A stretch of DNA of 64,000 bases from a virus: positions 44,107-108,106 of the IMG/VR virus record IMGVR_UViG_3300021405_000007; one strand, written 5' to 3'. Shown here piece after piece: positions 55,582 to 62,489 of the stretch (the first letter of the stretch is position 1; each line of letters starts with the position of its first letter). The notes below the pieces were generated by a model. The model was not told the DNA's origin. It ran no database searches and worked only from the letters and a program-made list of their open reading frames with translations. Both the position numbers and the translations under genes were made by a program.

Positions 55582-55827
55582 TTAACACCTAACATATTCG
55601 AGTGCTTTACCCACATAATCGGGTGCATCTACTTTTCGGTAATAGAAGATCATATTTGCTAATTCTTCTAACTTAGACTTAGAAATTTCTATCGTTTCAT
55701 CAATTTCCCAGTCATCTGCTAATATATCTGGTTTTTTAAAAACATAGGGGGTATCTATTTTATACCATTCAGAGTCTCCCTTCCGTTTATATTTTTTATT
55801 GGATTTTATAGCTTCTACTATAGTCAT
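55582..55827 (-). CDS. DUF2829/Tad2-like small protein, family B copy 1
   Basis: MTIVEAIKSNKKYKRKG...DILADDWEI; start moved to 55827 after GGGAG. Confidence 0.5.
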   Translation of the reverse strand: MTIVEAIKSNKKYKRKGDSEWYKIDTPYVFKKPDILADDWEIDETIEISKSKLEELANMIFYYRKVDAPDYVGKALEYVRC

Positions 55828-55843
55828 TGCTTTACTCCCTAAT

Positions 55844-56263
55844 TTAATCAACAAATTCAATAATATCTTGAGGTTTAGTTAAGGAATTATAATCAAATTG
55901 TCCACTATAAGTATAACTATATATTTGGGTTCTTATTGGATATATACTATCCTTCATGAAATGGATTATCATAGATATATCTCCATTTCTAAGTCTCACC
56001 TTCCTACCTACATCATTCTCAGTAATTAGAATGACTGACTCTTCATATTCTGCTACTAGATCGAAGATAGATTGTTCTAAATAAGAACAAAATTTTCCAT
56101 CAATACTATAGTCTTCTGGTACGGCGGTCCCATTGGCATAAACTATTGTACAGGCTGCTTGTCCATCTCCTTCCACTCTAATTTCTCTAATAGCCTCTAC
56201 TTTAACATACTTAGTATTAGGTGTGTTTCTACATACATATTTCTTACCTACTTCTAGTTTCAT
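55844..56263 (-). CDS. hypothetical protein, family A copy 1
   Basis: paralog of 54160..54564; AGGAG RBS. Confidence 0.65.
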   Translation of the reverse strand: MKLEVGKKYVCRNTPNTKYVKVEAIREIRVEGDGQAACTIVYANGTAVPEDYSIDGKFCSYLEQSIFDLVAEYEESVILITENDVGRKVRLRNGDISMIIHFMKDSIYPIRTQIYSYTYSGQFDYNSLTKPQDIIEFVD

Positions 56264-56273
56264 TTTATTTCTC

Positions 56274-56621
56274 CTAATTTTTATCGTTCCAAAAGTCTTC
56301 TATTTGTTTATCGGCTAAATCTTTACTTTTCTTTAGTCCATTTTCTTGTTTTTTCAATTTCTTTAAAAGACTATCGATATCGGAGAGGTTTTTGTTCAAC
56401 TGTTTATTTTTTTCAGTAAGATCCTGAATTCTTTGATCAATAGCAGAACTATCTGTTTCTACTTTTTGAACATCGATTTTAACTTGTAAAGTCGCTATTT
56501 TATGCTCCTCGTAAGTTATATAATAACATAAAAATCCTATTATAAATATAAAAGCGATGGTGGTTTTGGTGTGAATTGATAGGATTATCTGTTTTAAAAT
56601 TTCAAATTTTTCAATATTCAT
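56274..56621 (-). CDS. TM plus coiled-coil protein, i-spanin-like
   Basis: N-proximal TM, long coiled coil; start moved to 56621. Confidence 0.45.
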   Translation of the reverse strand: MNIEKFEILKQIILSIHTKTTIAFIFIIGFLCYYITYEEHKIATLQVKIDVQKVETDSSAIDQRIQDLTEKNKQLNKNLSDIDSLLKKLKKQENGLKKSKDLADKQIEDFWNDKN

Positions 56622-57073
56622 AATGTTCCCCCTACGATCGCAGAAGCTGCAGTGTGTCCTACGATCCAAACAACTCCAACCCCACTTATGAGTGCCACTC
56701 CAATACCGGCAGCAAAAAATATAGCATCCCTAGTAGTTCTTGAAGACTCTTCATTTTCATATTTAGTGGTATATTTTTCAGCGGTAGTTTGCCATTCTTT
56801 GCTTTTTTGTTTTTCGGCAGCTAGAGCTACTCCATAATCTTTAATTTCTGAAGCTTGATCTAATGATTTTGATATCTGTAGGTTAATCTCTTTAAATTTT
56901 AAATCCAACTCTTCTTTATTATAACGAACCTCAGACTCTTTTTCTTTGCTAAAAAGAAAGCCATCGCAAGGTGCCACAATCCCCTGCTTCAACACTGTTA
57001 CTGGTTTAACACAGTCTTTTGCCCATAAACTAGGGGTTATTAAAAGTGTAAGTAAAATCAGTATTTTTTTCAT
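56618..57073 (-). CDS. exported coiled-coil protein with C-terminal TM (spanin-like)
   Basis: Sec signal, G..AP.DG.L motif, coiled coil, C-terminal hydrophobic helix. Confidence 0.45.
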   Translation of the reverse strand: MKKILILLTLLITPSLWAKDCVKPVTVLKQGIVAPCDGFLFSKEKESEVRYNKEELDLKFKEINLQISKSLDQASEIKDYGVALAAEKQKSKEWQTTAEKYTTKYENEESSRTTRDAIFFAAGIGVALISGVGVVWIVGHTAASAIVGGTL

Positions 57074-58452
57074 TTCAGAGATCCTTTTTCTGTAAACTTA
57101 AGTATAATAATACCTATGATACTCAATCCTACTGAAATAATCAAACTCCAAACTAATAAAAGGCCTAAATTTTCATAATGGCCTCTTGGAACTACAAAAA
57201 TATGATTCAGAAACTTTGTTATTATAGAACTTAGCATTAAGGCGGCATTCATAAGGGAGGCTGTTAGGGCGAAGTAAGTAACCTTCCCTTCTTCGGGAGC
57301 ATTCAAAGCCACAATTATACCTAAAGGGATCATGGCTATTTGAGCTAGAGCATCAACTCCAGCAGAATCTAATAAAATTAAATGTTTAGCAGAGATTCCG
57401 AAATTATAACCATAGTAGATCATTAAATCGGGTAAAGATAAAATGAGTAATCCGAGTGTTGTCCAAACTAGAATTTTTATTAATTTTTCTTTTTTAACTA
57501 GAAAATTTCTAAATAAAACCATTGAGAGAATTGAAGCAGCGTATCCTATAGTAGAAAGAGTCCCTAAAAAGGCCGCATCAAAGTGCCAAATGTCCATATA
57601 ATACCAGGTGGCTGCAATACCAGCACTAGGATTGGTTCGGAATAGAAATAAGGCAAGCATTGTTATAAAAAAACCTAGTTTGTGGCTGTTTTCTAAATGC
57701 GGGACTTTTTTATATAATAAATAAGAGAATAACAGAACACTCATTAAAAAAACTAGTATTTGAGACCAAACATCGGAGAGAAATAATCCAAGGATGGTAG
57801 AAATCAAAAGAAACAAGACTCCTATCCCTATTAAAGATTTATCAGAAGCCTCATTTGATTTTTTGTAAGTATTTGAAATTGAGATTATTAATATTACTAA
57901 AGGGCTTATGGTACTCAGCATGAATATTGTTGCAATACTAAAATAAGAGGCCAATATACCAGAGATTGCAGCTCCAACCAACCCACCAGCAATCATCAAA
58001 TTTCTACTATAAAGTTGGAAGCTTGCCTTTTCTTGTTCATCAATAGCATTTTCGACTATTAAAACATCAAATAAAAGTCTAGTGATTACTACTGAAATTG
58101 TTCCAAAAAGATTGGTAAGTAATAAAGTTGTATACTCCCCTAAATGTATGAATAGCCAAGAATTTGGGAGAGCCGATTCAGCCATCCCTAGGGATGCTGC
58201 TATACCTAGAATACTCGCTAGAACTAAATAACTCTTGCGTTGATTGCCTATAATTGGCACAGCGTCTATGACTGAAGAAAAGAGTATTTTGGCGCTCCAA
58301 GGTAAACTAGTCCAAATCCCAATAGAGATCAATTGTTCTATGGATAAATGAACCATATTTTTATTGAAGAGGGCAGAGGCTACATTGGTTAAAGCAGTAA
58401 TACCTAAAAAAAAGTAAGAAAGAAGGATAAAAAAATTATTTACTTTTTTCAT
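57070..58452 (-). CDS. BT1-family folate/biopterin transporter (MFS)
   Basis: LPWSAKILF..VIDAVPI.G..RKSYL, ~12 TM, P.EG...YFAL.AS..N. Confidence 0.8.
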   Translation of the reverse strand: MKKVNNFFILLSYFFLGITALTNVASALFNKNMVHLSIEQLISIGIWTSLPWSAKILFSSVIDAVPIIGNQRKSYLVLASILGIAASLGMAESALPNSWLFIHLGEYTTLLLTNLFGTISVVITRLLFDVLIVENAIDEQEKASFQLYSRNLMIAGGLVGAAISGILASYFSIATIFMLSTISPLVILIISISNTYKKSNEASDKSLIGIGVLFLLISTILGLFLSDVWSQILVFLMSVLLFSYLLYKKVPHLENSHKLGFFITMLALFLFRTNPSAGIAATWYYMDIWHFDAAFLGTLSTIGYAASILSMVLFRNFLVKKEKLIKILVWTTLGLLILSLPDLMIYYGYNFGISAKHLILLDSAGVDALAQIAMIPLGIIVALNAPEEGKVTYFALTASLMNAALMLSSIITKFLNHIFVVPRGHYENLGLLLVWSLIISVGLSIIGIIILKFTEKGSLK

Positions 58453-58705
58453 TAGGCTTTTTTCCTTCTCTGATTTTTATTACCCATAAAACGGTTAATG
58501 ATATCGAATTAAAACCATAATTCAATAGTAAAGGCCACATATGATTATAAGAAGTGAAAATTACATAACAGATTTCACCTCCAGACCATAGTATCAAAAG
58601 TCCCCAACTTAATCCAGCGGCTGTTCTATTTTTGATAGCGAAAATAATTTGAGGTATTGCACAAGTAGCAAAACAAATTGAACCTATCCAAGCTAGAAGG
58701 TTCAT
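58436..58705 (-). CDS. PQ-loop / SemiSWEET-type transporter
   Basis: IG..CFA.CAIPQI......A.GLSW..L.LW..GE...PLLLNY; three TM. Confidence 0.85.
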   Translation of the reverse strand: MNLLAWIGSICFATCAIPQIIFAIKNRTAAGLSWGLLILWSGGEICYVIFTSYNHMWPLLLNYGFNSISLTVLWVIKIREGKKPNEKSK

Positions 58706-59205
58706 ATATTTTTCTTCTTAAAGATCGAGCATTTAGGATCATCGCTATATCTATTATTGAATAATTCATAAAGATAGCATTCTTTGTGAGCTTCGTATTG
58801 CCATTCGGAGATTCCTTGAAAATTCATAATACTCTTAGGCAATGGGTATGCATGTTCCGGATCCCAATCTTCATAGGTCAATTCATTGTTATGCTCAAGT
58901 CGGCCTAAAAACTCATGGCCACATTCATGAAAAACTAATAAACGTCTAGTATTACTATCATATTTGTCCCACCAATAAGTATTAACTCTTATAAAGGGTT
59001 TAAAAGGGTTAGGAATAGAATAACCATCATACTTGTAATTCGCAAAGGTAGTCTTGGCTGCAGTTAATTCAACATCATCGACTTCGATGTTGAATTTTTT
59101 AGCTTCAGTTTTAAAATCTTGGATGTATGGTTCAATTTCAGGATCTACGGAGCGGCATTGTGAAAGAGAAAATAAACTCAATAATAGTAAAAACTTATAA
59201 ATCAT
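58702..59205 (-). CDS. lipoprotein zinc metallopeptidase
   Basis: lipobox LSQ-C; LVFHECGH..L.R.EH; SIMN Met-turn. Confidence 0.75.
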   Translation of the reverse strand: MIYKFLLLLSLFSLSQCRSVDPEIEPYIQDFKTEAKKFNIEVDDVELTAAKTTFANYKYDGYSIPNPFKPFIRVNTYWWDKYDSNTRRLLVFHECGHEFLGRLEHNNELTYEDWDPEHAYPLPKSIMNFQGISEWQYEAHKECYLYELFNNRYSDDPKCSIFKKKNI

Positions 59206-59217
59206 CGTAACTCCATT

Positions 59218-59733
59218 TTAAGGCTTTTCTGACTTAAAATAATTTTCATCTAACCATTTATAGAAAGCCTCTCTTGAGCCTAATTTATTTAACTTCTCAT
59301 GTAAAGCTTTTGAACTGATTCCATGAAGTTTTAGTTCTCCATGAGGGCCATCTTCTAATGATTCCCAGTGCCACCCAGCCACTAAACCCACAGATTCTAG
59401 AATCTTAGCCAGCTCTTCCCACTTACTCTTAGGAACCTTCCAAGTCCATCTACCATCCTTATCTTTAAAAACAAAATCAGTGGCTAACCCCAGAACATGA
59501 TAGGAGTATATAGTTTCACTGTAGTGTCTCTTTACTAGAAGTTTTTGTCTTTTAAGGGAGCGAACTGTTTCATATACTCCTAAATTTAAGCCTTTTTCTT
59601 TTGAAATCTTTAACACTTCCAAAACTTTGGCTTGCATTCGAGGATGCAATAGGCTGATATCCGAATTGGTATCTAGATCAGAGGCCATCAGTATACTTGA
59701 TTGAAAAAATAGTAAAAAAAGAATGAACTTCAT
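59218..59733 (-). CDS. M15-family peptidoglycan peptidase (L-Ala-D-Glu type) with signal peptide
   Basis: LHP, ET.RS..RQ, SYH..GLA.D, W..EDGPH.EL; start moved to MKFILFLLFF at 59733. Confidence 0.85.
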   Translation of the reverse strand: MKFILFLLFFQSSILMASDLDTNSDISLLHPRMQAKVLEVLKISKEKGLNLGVYETVRSLKRQKLLVKRHYSETIYSYHVLGLATDFVFKDKDGRWTWKVPKSKWEELAKILESVGLVAGWHWESLEDGPHGELKLHGISSKALHEKLNKLGSREAFYKWLDENYFKSEKP

Positions 59734-59762
59734 GTAGACCTTTCCAAGGAAAAGGGAACCAT

Positions 59763-60284
59763 CTATCCACGTTCTACAACTCTCCCAACCTTCCACCCTT
59801 CCATTGTTTCTATTCCTTTGATAAGAGCTTCAAATTCTGTTTCAGAAAAAGTACTGATTTTCTTATTGGAATAAACTTTGGTTCTTTTCTGCAGGAAACT
59901 TAAATAGTTTTTGGTGATATTTTCTGAAGGTGGAGCATATTGATAGATCATAACCTTCAAAGAAACATTACCATATTTTTCACTCACACAGGCTACTAGA
60001 GCCTTTCGACCTAGTTCTACATCTGAGAATATAAGAAAGCCTCCTGAAGAGCCTACAACCCCTTCATAGGCCTTTGAATTGCCATTGCTACGTAGATTAC
60101 CTGGATTGTTATTTCTCCAAGACTTAGAGCCGTTAATTTTTATGATTTTCTTTCCAGAAGAGGTTTTATAAACTGTAGTTCTAATCAAATTTGAGTAAGA
60201 CTTGACTACTGTATAGTCTTCAGCATAACCTTGTGAAGTTATTAATATTTGTAATAAAGTCATTAATATTAGTAAGTATTTCAA
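59763..60284 (-). CDS. exported RNNNPGN-family putative lysozyme-like protein
   Basis: signal peptide; WRNNNPGNL, F..F....G..A, YAPPSEN.T..Y, I...EG. Confidence 0.65.
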   Translation of the reverse strand: MKYLLILMTLLQILITSQGYAEDYTVVKSYSNLIRTTVYKTSSGKKIIKINGSKSWRNNNPGNLRSNGNSKAYEGVVGSSGGFLIFSDVELGRKALVACVSEKYGNVSLKVMIYQYAPPSENITKNYLSFLQKRTKVYSNKKISTFSETEFEALIKGIETMEGWKVGRVVERG

Positions 60285-60288
60285 TAGT

Positions 60289-60447
60289 TTACTCTCTATT
60301 CATATGTTTATATTTAAGTTTATCTTTAAGATCTCTAAGTTTCTTATTCATTCTTTCCCTCTTAGAGAAGACTAGCATAATCTTATCTTCATAGGAAATG
60401 AAAAGGAGTATAAAGAAAACTATTATAGTTATTACTAAGCTTTGCAT
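60289..60447 (-). CDS. 52-aa single-TM protein with basic tail (not in track)
   Basis: GGAGG RBS; MQSLVITIIVFFILLFISY...KLRDLKDKLKYKHMNRE*. Confidence 0.55.
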   Translation of the reverse strand: MQSLVITIIVFFILLFISYEDKIMLVFSKRERMNKKLRDLKDKLKYKHMNRE

Positions 60448-60467
60448 AATCAATACCTCCATAATAC

Positions 60468-60494
60468 TCTTCGGTCTAATAATATAGAACTTTA
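60468..60494 (-). promoter_or_regulatory. sigma-28-type promoter TAAAGTTC-N11-ACCGAAGA
   Basis: exact spacing; same -10 as the 7519 site; heads the long minus-strand operon. Confidence 0.7.
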
Positions 60495-60497
60495 ATA

Positions 60498-60958
60498 ATC
60501 TTATAACCCTTTAATCTTTCTAGATAAACCCCACCCCTTTGGGCTCTACATCTTAGATGTTTTCCCAATTATAAGATCTCTTTATTCTTACTGACTTAGT
60601 ACTAAAGGTATCTAGGATTTATGAAACTCTTATTGCTAAGAGGATGTTTTCGACCTAGAACAGAGAATCTAACAAAGAACTGTTCAATAATACTAAGCTT
60701 ATCTAAAGAATATTTTCTATGGAAACGATGAGGTTCAGAGGGGAGTGTTTGGGTGGTATTAGTTAGATTAAACACTATTCATCTTCTTTCTTAAGGGAGA
60801 TAACTCTTATTGCTCATCATCACAATACTTATCTCAATCATTACAAAGAGATATTAGCCTTACCGGTCGGAGTAATCCGATTTGCAATCCTCTTGTTTTA
60901 AGTCTAAGGGAACTGAACCAACGACTCTGAATAAAAGAGTAGCATGAATAATAGAAAA
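60498..60958 (+). ncRNA. candidate large structured non-coding RNA (family unassigned)
   Basis: ORF-free; at least 14 mutually compatible helices, GTAA tetraloop, G-U pairs favour the + strand. Confidence 0.55.
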
Positions 60959-60962
60959 GTGT

Positions 60963-60989
60963 TAAAGTTTTTTTGTGTGGTGCCGAAAA
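60963..60989 (+). promoter_or_regulatory. sigma-28-type promoter TAAAGTTT-N11-GCCGAAAA
   Basis: 15/16 match, exact spacing, followed by GGAGG and ATG 61010. Confidence 0.8.
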
Positions 60990-61009
60990 GATTAATGGAG
61001 GGTAAAACT

Positions 61010-61183
61010 ATGATAGTTTTAATAAGTGTTATTCTCGGTGTATTTGGTGGTTATCAAATAGGTTATGAGGATGGTAAAGATAAGCCTCGAACTCATGTGG
61101 AACAACATGAACTTCAAGTTCATTGCCCCCAAATTCATACCAAAGCAGATAGAAACCCACCCTTAAATTGCACCAAGGAATAA
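61010..61183 (+). CDS. small membrane-anchored protein
   Basis: GGAGG RBS; start moved from 60944. Confidence 0.6.
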   Translation: MIVLISVILGVFGGYQIGYEDGKDKPRTHVEQHELQVHCPQIHTKADRNPPLNCTKE

Positions 61184-61186
61184 AAA

Positions 61187-61453
61187 ATGAAACGTAAAGA
61201 GGTTATGAGTAAACTTAAAGAAATTGATAACCTTCTAACTCAAACCCAAGAAATTAATAAAAAAGTTCAAGAGTTAAAGAAAGAAATGGGTTCAAAAGAA
61301 CAAGCTGCTTCCAGTCTTGAATTTGGCCATAATGGACGTGCTGCAGTAGGGATAGATGGATTACTACATGTTCAAGTAGTCCTTTCTTCAGATGAAGAAA
61401 TTAAAGCTTTGATCAATTACCTGACTGAAAATCTTGAAGGAGGATTAGAATGA
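61187..61453 (+). CDS. hypothetical coiled-coil protein
   Basis: AAGGA RBS. Confidence 0.6.
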   Translation: MKRKEVMSKLKEIDNLLTQTQEINKKVQELKKEMGSKEQAASSLEFGHNGRAAVGIDGLLHVQVVLSSDEEIKALINYLTENLEGGLE

Positions 61454-61659
61454 GTGGAATTGAATTGCTACTAGCAATAGTATGTGGTTACTTTTTAGGC
61501 CACGTAGTTGGTTATTATAGAGGTTATGATCACTCTAGAAAAGATATGGAGAGGATTATTTATGCTATCGAAGAAGGTTCTAATAGAAAAGATGCGGAAA
61601 AACTTTATGTTGATTTACAAAAATCTTCTGGAGACAGTTCAGGGGAAAAACCAGCCTGA
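61450..61659 (+). CDS. small membrane-anchored protein
   Basis: GGAGG RBS, ATGA overlap. Confidence 0.55.
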   Translation: MSGIELLLAIVCGYFLGHVVGYYRGYDHSRKDMERIIYAIEEGSNRKDAEKLYVDLQKSSGDSSGEKPA

Positions 61660-61870
61660 AATAGAAAATACTAGTGTCTCTAGATTAAAAGATTGGATTG
61701 ATCGGAGTTCGAAAGAATCTAAGTCAAAAGAGGAAAAGCTTAGAATTAAAGATATCAAGAAGTTGATTAAAGTAGTAGAAGAAGTAAAAAATATGCTGGA
61801 AAGGCATGATTTATTTTATCCAGATTTTGAACTAGTTTTAGCATTAGAATCTTTGGAGGAAGAAGCATGA
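61508..61870 (+). CDS. hypothetical protein (true start probably near 61607)
   Basis: ORF track; overlaps the previous gene. Confidence 0.45.
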   Translation: MVIIEVMITLEKIWRGLFMLSKKVLIEKMRKNFMLIYKNLLETVQGKNQPEIENTSVSRLKDWIDRSSKESKSKEEKLRIKDIKKLIKVVEEVKNMLERHDLFYPDFELVLALESLEEEA

Positions 61871-61918
61871 TAATATATATTTTATCTGTTATAACAGTGA
61901 TAGGTTTTTTTGTTTGTT

Positions 61919-62002
61919 ACTCTTCTAGATACTCATGAATAATTTTACCTGACGCATCCTTTTGTTTGACTAAAATTAATACTTGCTCATCCTTAGCTAT
62001 TT
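61919..62002. repeat. 84-bp exact direct repeat, copy 1 (outside the helicase)
   Basis: identical to 62837..62920 inside the helicase gene. Confidence 0.95.
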
Positions 62003-62059
62003 TTTAGCCATTTTTATCCCAATAATCTCGCCATTTTACAAAAAAATCACATTTCTGCC

Positions 62060-62087
62060 TAAAGCATAACCAAAAATATGCCGTATA
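62060..62087 (+). promoter_or_regulatory. sigma-28-type promoter TAAAGCAT-N12-GCCGTATA
   Basis: TAAAG and GCCG cores, spacer 1 nt long; upstream of ORF 62145. Confidence 0.55.
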
Positions 62088-62144
62088 GTAATGTATAGGG
62101 TAGGTGAGCTACCTTGGTCAAGGGTCAAAAAAGAGGAGGGGAAA

Positions 62145-62390
62145 ATGAAAAAAGCAGAAAAATTCATAAAAAAAGAATTGTCGGATTTAGATATCCCTGA
62201 AAATTGCGATGCATATATCGCTGTCTATGAAAGCGCAATAGTAGCCTCTACTATAATGACCAAAAAAGAATTAGTCGAATATATAGAGGGATTTTTAGAA
62301 TCACTTCCTAATTCATTTTTTCATATGCATAAAGGAGAGAATCTCTCGATCAAAAATTCATTTGAAAACTTCAAAAAAATAAACAAATAG
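62145..62390 (+). CDS. hypothetical protein
   Basis: GAGGAGG RBS; start moved from 62091. Confidence 0.6.
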   Translation: MKKAEKFIKKELSDLDIPENCDAYIAVYESAIVASTIMTKKELVEYIEGFLESLPNSFFHMHKGENLSIKNSFENFKKINK

Positions 62391-62489
62391 TGAAAATGAA
62401 AAAAGGAGCCAGTTTATGAAAAAAATAATAGATCAAGACTTTACCATGTTTATACAAAGTTTCTGTCAAAACAGAAGAAACATTAAAAC

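Noticed and set aside
224-56837. Many short opposite-strand ORFs in the track (e.g. 224..409, 4572..4883, 13844..14116, 26237..26647, 51302..51607, 56652..56837)
   Set aside because: They are shadows of well-supported genes on the other strand, with no RBS or recognisable motifs.
60498-60958. Assignment of the structured region to tmRNA, 6S, RNase P, hammerhead or a c-di-GMP riboswitch
   Set aside because: No tRNA-like ends, no GAGGAAAGTCC, no CTGATGA/GAAA core, and branched rather than rod-like. GGAAACGATGA resembles the c-di-GMP-II 5' segment only locally.
60944-61009. Track start of ORF 60944..61183
   Set aside because: This segment contains the sigma-28-type promoter; the RBS supports ATG 61010.
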